A stretch of DNA of 64,000 nt from an uncultured Gammaproteobacteria bacterium (GTDB taxonomy: Bacteria; Patescibacteriota; Patescibacteriia; Patescibacteriales; UBA12465). The stretch covers positions 1,454-65,453 of the forward strand of contig CAZMYU010000001.1 of NCBI GenBank assembly GCA_964570655.1, written 5' to 3'. The notes below the pieces were generated by a model. It made no database searches. It had not been told where the DNA came from and saw only the letters and a program-made list of their open reading frames with translations. Position 1 is the first letter of the stretch. The number at the start of each line of letters is the position of its first letter. The position numbers and the translations under genes are program-made. Shown here one piece after another: positions 56,227 through 64,000 of the stretch.

Positions 56227-56298
56227 TAGCCCCTACGGGAGTCGGACCCGTGTTATCAGGTTGAAAACCTGGTGTCCTAACCATTAGACGAAGGGGCC
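56227..56298 (-). tRNA. tRNA-Glu (anticodon UUC), slightly aberrant
   Basis: Manual fold: acceptor GGCCCCT/AGGGGCT (G1:U72), D arm GTCT..GGAC, anticodon arm CCAGG-TTTTCAA-CCTGA (C27:A43 mismatch), T arm ACGGG-TCCGACT-CCCGT (C at position 55), no CCA. Confidence 0.8.
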
Positions 56299-56748
56299 TT
56301 TATTTTGCTTCGCAAAATAATGAAAAATTAATAATTAAGAATTAATTTATCAAAAAATGCCGGTTAGTGGCAATAATCACATTGTATATTAAATTGATAA
56401 TTTGTCAACCAATAAAAAAGGCTCTTCTGGAGAGAATAAGAGCCCTTAACTTACGAGCCTCTTAGTTTCTATCGAGGCTTATTGGTGAAGGTTTAGGCGA
56501 TGAGCTTAATTGTTTAAGACTCATAGAATTCGGGAGTCAACGAGCTTCTCCAGTAACTATCATTTTAGTTGATCCCACAACCTTTGCCAGATTTAAAGTA
56601 CGAAACTTTGGCCTGGAAAATTTGGCCTGCTCCCTTGGGGGGAATCACTTGTGTTTTATTCCTTCTAATTAAATTATAGCACCAAAATTCAAAAAATAAA
56701 AACCCCTGCTTATTTGACTAAGCAGGGTGCTAAATTTAAAAATAACTG

Positions 56749-57348
56749 TTACAAAAGGCTCATTAAATACTTCACCTTTTTGACGTAACGGTTTTGGCCT
56801 GGCTTGACCCCTTTTCTCACGTCCTTAACAGTCCGAGTGGGACCGTTGTTGTAAGCGTAAAGGGAATAACTAAGGTTATTATGAAACCTGTCCAACAAAT
56901 GATCCATGTACTTCGCCCCGCCACAGACATTGTCGAGCGGATTATAGATGTTCTTGACCCCCACCATCTTGGCTGTCGGTGGCGCCAACTGCATCAAACC
57001 TGAAGCACCGGAATATTTATTAACGGAACCGGAAACGCCACTGGACTCTACCGTACTAATAGCGGCGAGGAGCTTCGGATCAACACCATACTTCTTACCG
57101 GCAAAAAGGAAGTAATATTTGTAATTGCCCCAAACAGTTTTCAACTGTTTTACTTTGCCATTTTTTTTGGCCCAACTGACGGCGTTAAAAGGCTTAACTG
57201 TTTTTTTCTTTTTAGCCGATTTTTTAAGCGTTACCGCTTTGTGCGTTTTATGAGTTTTGTGAGCCGATGTCTTAGACTTGGCCTGACCACCAAAAGCAGT
57301 CGAAAAAACAAATAAAAATGCGAAAACAACTAATAATAATTTTTTCAT
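56749..57348 (-). CDS. secreted lytic transglycosylase (SLT domain) with Lys-rich N-terminal region
   Basis: Signal MKKLLLVVFAFLFVFSTAFG. Catalytic-region pattern AISTVESSG...GASGLMQLAPPTAKMVG...YAYNNGP. A terminator hairpin lies at ~56700..56735. Codon usage is atypical (AAG/GTC/CAG). Confidence 0.8.
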   Translation of the reverse strand: MKKLLLVVFAFLFVFSTAFGGQAKSKTSAHKTHKTHKAVTLKKSAKKKKTVKPFNAVSWAKKNGKVKQLKTVWGNYKYYFLFAGKKYGVDPKLLAAISTVESSGVSGSVNKYSGASGLMQLAPPTAKMVGVKNIYNPLDNVCGGAKYMDHLLDRFHNNLSYSLYAYNNGPTRTVKDVRKGVKPGQNRYVKKVKYLMSLL

Positions 57349-57412
57349 TATACTGGGTTTTTGTTAAAGAATATTCCATATTAACACTATTTAATAAAAA
57401 TGTCAACCCCTT

Positions 57413-57490
57413 CTGGGGTCAGACCCCAGGGAAATTTTATTAAAAAGTAAGGCGTTTTTTAATAGCGCCAAAAATCTGGGGTCAGACCCC
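57413..57490. repeat. second pair of GGGGTCAGACCCC palindromes, again 63 bp apart
   Basis: ctggggtcagaccccag (core 57415..57427) and ctggggtcagacccc (core 57478..57490), in a divergent intergenic region. Confidence 0.85.
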
Positions 57491-57566
57491 AAATCCGTTT
57501 TGGCAAAAAGGCCAAAATGTGCTATTCTGATAATACATATTAACTAATAAACTAATTTTAAAATCT

Positions 57567-58277
57567 ATGAAAAAAATCATCATCTTGATTTTAATGGCCG
57601 TCTTCCTAATGCCCATCGTAGCCTTAGCTGAAGGCCAAAGCCTAGAAAGAATTCCGTCGCCAGAGCATCTTAAGTATTACAAAGTAATGAGAAATGAAAA
57701 TGGCGTTTTGTATGGCACTAGGATAAACAACGAAAAAGCTAGTTCCACCGTCTCCCAAACGAATGCTAGCACCACAAAAATGGAAAAAATTGCTGGACCT
57801 TGGGAAACCAAACTATTTGAAAAAATCAAACAGGTCGGTAATGCTTTATGGGGATTCCGTTTGAACAAAAAAGAAAACAAAGAACACCTAGGTGTCTCGA
57901 CTCTCAACACGGCTATGACTGATTGCCTAAAAACCGCGATAGACAAAAAAGATGCCGCCACCAAAGTCGTGGCCGAAACCGCTAAGACCGACGCTAATCT
58001 CGCGGTTGATGCTCGCGGAACTTGTCAAAAAAATATTCTTTCCGCCACTTCTACTCCCGCTACTCCCAAAGCTTTTAACGAATGCAAAAATGCTTTTAAC
58101 CAAGCCATGAAAGATACCAGAATAAAAGCCAAAAATTCTTTAAACAGCTCTTGGCAAACTTATAAAACCGAAATCAAGGCTTGTTATCAAAACAATAAAG
58201 AAGCCAGCACTACCGTGGAAGTTTCCGATGAAGGCAACGCCCTCTTAAACGATGGTGGAGCCGAGCTCGGACTATAA
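57567..58277 (+). CDS. hypothetical secreted protein
   Basis: 236 aa with signal MKKIIILILMAVFLMPIVALA. Helical and Lys/Ala/Thr-rich. Confidence 0.6.
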   Translation: MKKIIILILMAVFLMPIVALAEGQSLERIPSPEHLKYYKVMRNENGVLYGTRINNEKASSTVSQTNASTTKMEKIAGPWETKLFEKIKQVGNALWGFRLNKKENKEHLGVSTLNTAMTDCLKTAIDKKDAATKVVAETAKTDANLAVDARGTCQKNILSATSTPATPKAFNECKNAFNQAMKDTRIKAKNSLNSSWQTYKTEIKACYQNNKEASTTVEVSDEGNALLNDGGAELGL

Positions 58278-58297
58278 ACAAATAAACCTTTCAAAAA

Positions 58298-58324
58298 ACC
58301 CAGTCTCTCGCGACTGGGTTTTTG
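58298..58324 (+). terminator. rho-independent terminator
   Basis: acccagtc tctcgc gactgggt followed by ttttt. Confidence 0.7.
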
Positions 58325-58384
58325 GTATTAAAAAAGCCTATCCTGTTATTAAGAATAGGCTGTATGTCTATGAAAGGTTCGCGC

Positions 58385-59272
58385 TTATCTTCGGGACAAA
58401 TAAATGTACATGTACCCGTTAATACTCCTGGTTTCGTACCTATAGGACACGGCTATCAGTCCTCCGATATATGGAACTGAAAAATTTTTCAATGCACCAA
58501 TTTCGCATCTGACAATTTTTTTGAGTTTATAGTTATACCCAAAATCGCAGAATCCATCTATCTTCTTTTTTTCAGAGATGGTGACATTTAAAAAATCTCC
58601 AACCACTTCATTGGTGAAAACAGTTAGGTTAAAAACCCGGCCATATTTGTTCTCAATCATCCCACCAAAGGTAGAATCATTTTGAGCATAAAGACCGACC
58701 GAAGTCCATTCTTTTTCGTTTTTAACGAAACGACCCTTAAGATGGTATTCGGGGTTGTCGCCAACCATAATTACCCCGGTAGTGAGGGTAAACTTCTTAA
58801 AGGTATAGCCAACCTTGCCACCAACTCCCAGACCAGAACCATGGGCATGATTCCAAGTCTCAAATTGTCCATCACCGCTTGGTGGAAGTGGACGAATTTC
58901 AGTGGTCGGACCAGGAATTTTACCAAATTCAAAAAATAAATTATCTGATTTGGTGTGAAGCCTGATAGAAAACTGGGACAAAGCAAGATGTCTGATGGTG
59001 TCCTGATTGGTTTCAGTTTTGCCATAAGAAGCATCAAAGATGCCGAAAGTTTTAAACTGGACAAAGGGGAATAGATCGTAAGACAGGTTTCCGCCAATAC
59101 GACCGTTCATCGGCGTTTCTGTTACCTTCAACGAATGGAAGTCAGCGCTTCCTAAGACTCCGATATAAGCTCCGCCTTTCAGGGTGCTGTCTTTAGTGGC
59201 GAATTCATACTGTCCGAATGATACTGTGACAAAAGTCACCAGGAAAACAACGATAGCGGTAATTTTTTTCAT
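58385..59272 (-). CDS. hypothetical secreted beta-rich protein (possible beta-barrel), atypical codon usage
   Basis: 295 aa with signal MKKITAIVVFLVTFVTVSFG. Many short alternating hydrophobic/polar segments (GAYIGVLGS, NLSYDLF, LALSQFSIRLH, KVGYTFKKFTLTTGVIMV, GLIAVSYRY). Confidence 0.6.
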   Translation of the reverse strand: MKKITAIVVFLVTFVTVSFGQYEFATKDSTLKGGAYIGVLGSADFHSLKVTETPMNGRIGGNLSYDLFPFVQFKTFGIFDASYGKTETNQDTIRHLALSQFSIRLHTKSDNLFFEFGKIPGPTTEIRPLPPSGDGQFETWNHAHGSGLGVGGKVGYTFKKFTLTTGVIMVGDNPEYHLKGRFVKNEKEWTSVGLYAQNDSTFGGMIENKYGRVFNLTVFTNEVVGDFLNVTISEKKKIDGFCDFGYNYKLKKIVRCEIGALKNFSVPYIGGLIAVSYRYETRSINGYMYIYLSRR

Positions 59273-59780
59273 CTGTTATTTGTTTTTTTGAGGTTTTTCA
59301 ATTGTTAAAGAATCTAGTATTATACACCTTATTTCACATTTTGTCAAGTATTTAGGCCTATTAAAAAGGGCATCACGCAGGATGCCCCGAAAAAGCTTCT
59401 TCGGTTAATAACAAAACATCATTCAGGCTGATCCAATTCGCCGATTGCAACTGGTCTTCAAAATAGGATCAGGTCTTTTAACATAAATCCGGTTGCCCAT
59501 TAATTGCCGATGAACACCTCTTGCAAGTCGAAAACAAGACCCGAAAACAATTTTCATAGGAGGAACCAGATGAACTGACTGAGCCAAACGAATAAGTTTA
59601 TTCATAACTAATAATATTTGGAGGTTAAAAAAACTATTATTAAAGAACCGATACTAATTAGATTACAATCAAAATCTGGCCCTGTCAATTATAATTACCC
59701 CCACCCCAGGGTCTTCAATTTTTTAAAGATGTGTGCTATAATTTTTTAAATTAATATCCTACAAATCCTAAAAATAAATT

Positions 59781-62204
59781 ATGCCTTATATAAAAATTCG
59801 TGGAGCTCGAGTTAACAATCTAAAAAATATTGATCTAGATATCCCGCGAGATAAATTGATTGTTATTACTGGACTGTCTGGGTCAGGAAAATCTTCGCTA
59901 GCCTTTGATGCTCTTTATGCCGAAGGGCAACGTCGCTACGTAGAATCACTCTCAGCTTATGCTCGGCAATTTATTGATCTCCTGGACAAACCAGACTTAG
60001 ATCTAATAGAGGGATTACCACCGGCCATTGCTATTGACCAAAGACCTATTGGACATAATCCTCGCTCCACAGTCGGCACTATTAGCGAAATCTATGATTA
60101 CCTCCGACTTCTGTATTCTAAAATCGGCACGCCTCATTGCCCTCATGATCACAGCAAGTTAAAAAGCGACAAAGAAAAATTGTTTTGTTCTCAATGTGAT
60201 TTCAAAAGAGACCTGCTTCGCCCCACTGATTTTTCTTTCAATTCCGCCGTCGGCGCCTGTCCGGATTGCGGAGGACTAGGAGTTAGATTAAAAATTGATC
60301 CAGAATTAATCTTTAATCATAAATTGACTATCAATCAAGGCGCTATCAAACCTTTTACTCATTATAATTCTAGCAACCAAAAAGCTATTTTTGATGAATT
60401 GACCCGCCTGGGTGGTCGTCAAAATTTTGATCTAAATACTCCGCTCAAAGATTTGAGCCAAAGCCAGATTCACAGCATCTTACAAGGTGATCATTTTTTT
60501 AATGGCATCATTGAACTGCTAGAAAAACGCTACGGCGAAACCGAATCCTCGTTTATTCGCCAAAAAATCAGCCAATACATGCAAGCTCTAAATTGCGAAA
60601 AATGCCAGGGCCAAAGACTGAAACCCGAAATTTTGGCAGTCAAGATTGCTGAGCTATCCATTTTTGATCTCGGAGAAAAAGATATTGACTCTTTGGGCAA
60701 ATTTTTGAAAACTATCCAAAAAGAAAAAATCACCAAAACCCAAAAATTAATTGCTGAACCAATTATTAAAGAAATCAGCACTCGCTTAGAGTTTATTAAA
60801 AATGTTGGCCTTAATTATTTATCACTCAATCGCCCAGCCACGACACTCTCGGGTGGAGAATCTCAACGACTACGACTCGCCAACCAAATCAATGCTGGTC
60901 TGGTAGGAGTTTTGTATGTTTTAGATGAACCTTCTATTGGACTACACCAAAGAGACAACGAAAAATTAATCGAAACCCTCAGAGCCCTCAAAGACAAAGG
61001 CAATACCGTCATTGTGGTGGAACACGATGCTCAAACCATGCTCTCAGCTGATTGGCTAATCGATATTGGTCCCGGAGCCGGATCTTATGGTGGCCAAATT
61101 ATATTTAGCGGTACTCCCGAAAATATCAAAAAAGACAAAAAATCTTTGACTGGTGCTTATTTGTCCGGTCGAGAAAATATTGCTCCACCTAGCAAATATA
61201 GAAATGGCAACAAACAATTTTTAAAAATTCTAGGAGCCACCGAACATAATCTCAAAAATATTGACGTCGAAATTCCCCTAGGAAAACTCGTCGCTATTAC
61301 TGGCGTCTCCGGTAGTGGTAAATCGACTTTAATAAATGATATTTTGGCCAAAACCCTCAACCGTCATTTTTATCGAGCCAAAGCTACGCCCGGAAAATAT
61401 CAAGCGATCACTGGCCTAGAGCTTATCAATAAAGTAATCGATATTGATCAATCACCAATTGGTCGCACCCCCCGTTCTAACCCGGCGACTTATACCGAGG
61501 TCTTTATGCCGATTCGAGATCTATTTGCCAACCTTAAGGATTCCAAAGTTCGTGGCTACAAACCCAACCATTTTTCTTTTAATACTATCGGCGGACGCTG
61601 CGAACATTGCTCGGGCGATGGATTACTGAGAATCGAAATGCAATTTTTGCCTGATCTTTATGTCAAATGCGAAGAATGCCAAGGCCGACGTTACAAAAAA
61701 GAAATTTTAGACATTAAGTATCAAGGCAAAAGCATTTATGATGTTTTGGAAATGACTGTTATCAATGCTCTTAGTTTTTTCAAAGAAGAAAAAGCAATTT
61801 ACACCAAATTGCAAACTCTCCAAGAAGTTGGCTTGGGTTATATCAAGCTTGGCCAATCGGCTACCACCCTCTCAGGCGGTGAAGCCCAAAGAGTCAAGCT
61901 GGCCGCTGAACTAGCTCGCCCAGCCTCCAAGCATACCCTCTATATATTAGACGAGCCAACTACTGGACTTCATTTTGACGATATCAAAAAACTTTTAGTC
62001 ATTTTAAACCGCTTGGCCGACAAAGGCCATACAGTTTTGGTAATTGAACATAATCTTGATATAATTAAATCAGCCGACTGGATTATTGACCTGGGCCCCG
62101 AAGGTGGAAACCAGGGTGGGCAAATAGTCGCCCAAGGAACCCCACTGGATATTATCAAAGTCAAAAACAGTTGGACCGGAAAATATCTAAAAGAATTAAT
62201 TTAA
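59781..62204 (+). CDS. uvrA: UvrA-family ABC ATPase, short form lacking the UvrB-binding domain (class II / UvrA2-like)
   Basis: Two ABC modules ([13 protein letters not shown]; [13 protein letters not shown]; two LSGGE signatures; DEPSIGLH / DEPTTGLH). Zn modules [14 protein letters not shown] and [14 protein letters not shown]. Only ~17 aa separate CPHDH and CSQC, where canonical UvrA carries the ~110-aa UvrB-binding domain. 807 aa. Confidence 0.9.
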   Translation: MPYIKIRGARVNNLKNIDLDIPRDKLIVITGLSGSGKSSLAFDALYAEGQRRYVESLSAYARQFIDLLDKPDLDLIEGLPPAIAIDQRPIGHNPRSTVGTISEIYDYLRLLYSKIGTPHCPHDHSKLKSDKEKLFCSQCDFKRDLLRPTDFSFNSAVGACPDCGGLGVRLKIDPELIFNHKLTINQGAIKPFTHYNSSNQKAIFDELTRLGGRQNFDLNTPLKDLSQSQIHSILQGDHFFNGIIELLEKRYGETESSFIRQKISQYMQALNCEKCQGQRLKPEILAVKIAELSIFDLGEKDIDSLGKFLKTIQKEKITKTQKLIAEPIIKEISTRLEFIKNVGLNYLSLNRPATTLSGGESQRLRLANQINAGLVGVLYVLDEPSIGLHQRDNEKLIETLRALKDKGNTVIVVEHDAQTMLSADWLIDIGPGAGSYGGQIIFSGTPENIKKDKKSLTGAYLSGRENIAPPSKYRNGNKQFLKILGATEHNLKNIDVEIPLGKLVAITGVSGSGKSTLINDILAKTLNRHFYRAKATPGKYQAITGLELINKVIDIDQSPIGRTPRSNPATYTEVFMPIRDLFANLKDSKVRGYKPNHFSFNTIGGRCEHCSGDGLLRIEMQFLPDLYVKCEECQGRRYKKEILDIKYQGKSIYDVLEMTVINALSFFKEEKAIYTKLQTLQEVGLGYIKLGQSATTLSGGEAQRVKLAAELARPASKHTLYILDEPTTGLHFDDIKKLLVILNRLADKGHTVLVIEHNLDIIKSADWIIDLGPEGGNQGGQIVAQGTPLDIIKVKNSWTGKYLKELI

Positions 62205-62208
62205 AACT

Positions 62209-63000
62209 ATGAATAAAATTGGTTTGGCCTTAGGTAGCGGCGGATTTCGAGGACCAGCCCATGTGGGGGTCTTAAAAGTTTTGCTAGCCAATAATATTCC
62301 GATTGATTTTTTGACTGGAACTTCTTTTGGAGCCATTGTCGCCGCTCACTATGCTCTCTATAAAGATATTGAAAAATTAGAAATCGACATCTTTGGTTAC
62401 AAAAAAGAAAAGACTTATTTTATTTTTGACATTTCTCGACGAGGTGGCATTCTCACTGGAGAAAGAGTTGAAAAACTTTTCCGTCAAATTTTTAATAATG
62501 CCCAATTTAAAGATTTAAAAATCCCCTTAAAAATTGTAGCTACTGACCTGATCACTGGCGAGCCAACTATTTTCGACAAAGGCGATCTAACCACTGCCAT
62601 TCGTGCTAGTATGTCGGTGCCCCCTACCTTTAAACCACTCAAATGGAAAAACAAGTTGCTAGTTGATGGTGCCCTGACTATTGCCGTGCCTGACAAAATA
62701 GTCAAAGACATGGGAGCCGATAAAGTTATTAGCGTTAACCTATACAATAAATATAATTACAATGTTGAATCTCCTTCAGCCATTGCCGTAACCATGCGAA
62801 GCATGGAAATAATTTTGTACAACCTAACGGCTGAAAGAATCAAACATACCGATCTGCTCATCCAACCTGATACTACAATTTCCTACAAAAAATCTCGCCT
62901 AAAAAAATACTTTGACGAAGAAACCATGAAAGACTTACTACTATCTGGTGAAAAAGCGACTCAAGCTAAAATTCCCGAAATTTTAAAATTGTTAAATTAA
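62209..63000 (+). CDS. patatin-like phospholipase (RssA/YlbK-like)
   Basis: Oxyanion GSGGFRG, nucleophile GTSFG (GxSxG), catalytic Asp in VDGAL. The start lies 4 nt after the uvrA-like stop. Confidence 0.85.
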   Translation: MNKIGLALGSGGFRGPAHVGVLKVLLANNIPIDFLTGTSFGAIVAAHYALYKDIEKLEIDIFGYKKEKTYFIFDISRRGGILTGERVEKLFRQIFNNAQFKDLKIPLKIVATDLITGEPTIFDKGDLTTAIRASMSVPPTFKPLKWKNKLLVDGALTIAVPDKIVKDMGADKVISVNLYNKYNYNVESPSAIAVTMRSMEIILYNLTAERIKHTDLLIQPDTTISYKKSRLKKYFDEETMKDLLLSGEKATQAKIPEILKLLN

Positions 63001-63027
63001 AAATAAAAAAATTAAAGGAGGTACGTA

Positions 63028-63474
63028 ATGAAAAATTTATTGTATTTTTTCAATATTGGCCCTTACCATCAAGGAGCGCCACTAAATGACGATCAGTACA
63101 ACCAAATTCTAAAAAGTGGTTTAAAAACAGAACCAGGAGAACCAATCCTAAGACCCGAAAATATTCGCTACATTATGACCGGAGGCAATACCGCTACTGC
63201 CCAAGCAGTTGAAGCCCTGGAAAACTATTTGGTCTTCTCCGAACACTTAAAACCACAATTCATTATCAATGATGACCGGCTAATAGTTCATGAGCGAATA
63301 CCAAACGCCTTGGAAATACAAGAGGCTATTAGGCAAATAGGCAATCAAGACCTAATTGGGCCGACCCTCATTTTTGTAAATGAAGAAATTTTCTTACAAT
63401 TGATAGCCGAAGACCCTCCTAATCCCAAGTTTCTCAGCTGGATAATTGTCAGCCCCATGAGCCACAACAAATAG
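63028..63474 (+). CDS. hypothetical protein
   Basis: 148 aa. An AAAGGAGG Shine-Dalgarno sequence lies 6 nt upstream. Confidence 0.55.
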   Translation: MKNLLYFFNIGPYHQGAPLNDDQYNQILKSGLKTEPGEPILRPENIRYIMTGGNTATAQAVEALENYLVFSEHLKPQFIINDDRLIVHERIPNALEIQEAIRQIGNQDLIGPTLIFVNEEIFLQLIAEDPPNPKFLSWIIVSPMSHNK

Positions 63475-63620
63475 AGCGAACCGTTCTAAAAAATCCCAAC
63501 TCCAAAAAGTTTTGGGATTTTTAATTATAAAAAATTAATAATTGACTTTTAATAAAATCTCTAGTAAACTGGGGATATCAAAATAACAAATTAAACAACC
63601 CGATAAAACAGGAGGCATAA

Positions 63621-64000
63621 ATGTCAGAACAAGGACAAAAAAAGACGATTACGATCGTCAACGCAAAAAGTAAAAGTTGCGACGCTATCGTCAAGACCCT
63701 AAAAACCTTAGGGGGAAATGGAGCCGGCAAAGTCAACCAAATACTGGTGGAGCTGAAAAAAACCGATAAATCCATTACCAAAATCGAAGAACAGACCCAA
63801 ATCAGGGTAATCAAGGGAGAATTCTTTTCTAAAACAAAAATCGGTTCTCCCAAGGCCGGTCAAAAATTCCGGGAAACAATCAAAGCAGAAGCAGCCAATT
63901 TGTTTTCGACTCTCCAAAAAGGAGACCATCTGGTCATTCTGGCTGACCCCACATTTATAAACGCATACCATTGGGGCCAAATGACTCAATGTAACGGCTA
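63621..64000 (+). CDS. hypothetical protein, N-terminal part (runs off the right edge)
   Basis: My own translation from the ATG at 63621, preceded by AGGAGG at 63611: MSEQGQKKTITIVNAKSKSCDAIVKTLKTLGGNGAGKVNQILVELKK..., open to the end of the window. Not in the ORF track because it has no stop. Confidence 0.5.
   Translation, partial: MSEQGQKKTITIVNAKSKSCDAIVKTLKTLGGNGAGKVNQILVELKKTDKSITKIEEQTQIRVIKGEFFSKTKIGSPKAGQKFRETIKAEAANLFSTLQKGDHLVILADPTFINAYHWGQMTQCNG

Noticed and set aside
56015-56242. Intact integrated mobile element at tRNA-Glu
   Set aside because: The direct repeats enclose only 211 bp, and there is no integrase, excisionase or cargo gene. At most it is a scar or miniature element, which I reported as a finding with that caveat.
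56042-56284. ORFs 56042..56284 (-) and 56067..56264 (+) in the GC-rich segment
   Set aside because: They overlap tRNA-Glu and its terminator hairpin and give low-complexity Arg/Ser/Ala-rich translations with no start context. The region is better explained as non-coding repeat or att-scar sequence.
59423-59605. 60-aa minus-strand ORF (MNKLIRLAQSVH..) followed by a good terminator hairpin (gggcatc-acgcag-gatgccc, ~59378..59397)
   Set aside because: There is no Shine-Dalgarno sequence and no recognisable family. It could be a small protein or an sRNA, but the evidence is too thin to annotate.
63578-63989. Minus-strand ORFs 63578..63853 and 63708..63989
   Set aside because: The plus strand carries an open frame from the ATG at 63621, preceded by AGGAGG, in the same orientation as the upstream operon. 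The minus-strand ORFs have no ribosome-binding site and odd composition.

Overview
This is an AT-rich bacterial chromosomal window. Its gene content looks like a Candidate Phyla Radiation (Patescibacteria, Parcubacteria-like) genome. That placement is an inference from compact housekeeping genes, a stand-alone 16S gene with an expanded V1 region, pilin::FISUMP fusions, cohesin-type proteins and giant Cys-rich surface proteins. I call about 50 protein-coding genes, most of them on the minus strand in tightly packed operons. These include ruvB-queA-lepB-hisS-rpsU and a roughly 13-kb run from an MBL hydrolase through ndk, gyrA and rmuC to a UvrD-type helicase-nuclease. There is one 16S rRNA gene (38138..39742, +) with no 23S or 5S gene anywhere in the window. 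There are four tRNA genes (Pro-CGG, Ala-CGC, Cys-GCA, Glu-UUC), and none encodes CCA. The accessory content is dominated by predicted cell-surface proteins, in four groups. (i) Operon 1..9403 encodes a TSP3-repeat protein, a 940-aa FISUMP protein and an 1807-aa protein with about 130 Cys, anchored by a VirB2/TrbC-like pilin module. (ii) Two paralogous type IV pilin::FISUMP fusions sit at 17357 and 53727. (iii) The most interesting region is a ten-gene locus at 40026..50094. It combines three cohesin-like proteins, one dockerin protein, two WxL-like proteins and a DUF916/WxLIP-like protein with a LysM tail. (iv) An uncharacterised block at 31787..37720 contains an 1157-aa coiled-coil/Gly-zipper protein. 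The intergenic space holds several families of short dispersed repeats. One is a 31-bp hairpin repeat present three times, once in frame inside tsaD. The others are GGGGTC-N-GACCCC palindromes in pairs 63 bp apart, CGCGTAAAG..CCACGCG hairpins, and AT-rich aattaa[ag]aatt modules next to tRNA genes and inside 16S V1. Several single-gene islands encoding secreted proteins use visibly different codons. I saw no CRISPR array, integrase, transposase or reverse transcriptase. All domain calls are by-eye motif recognition, not searches.
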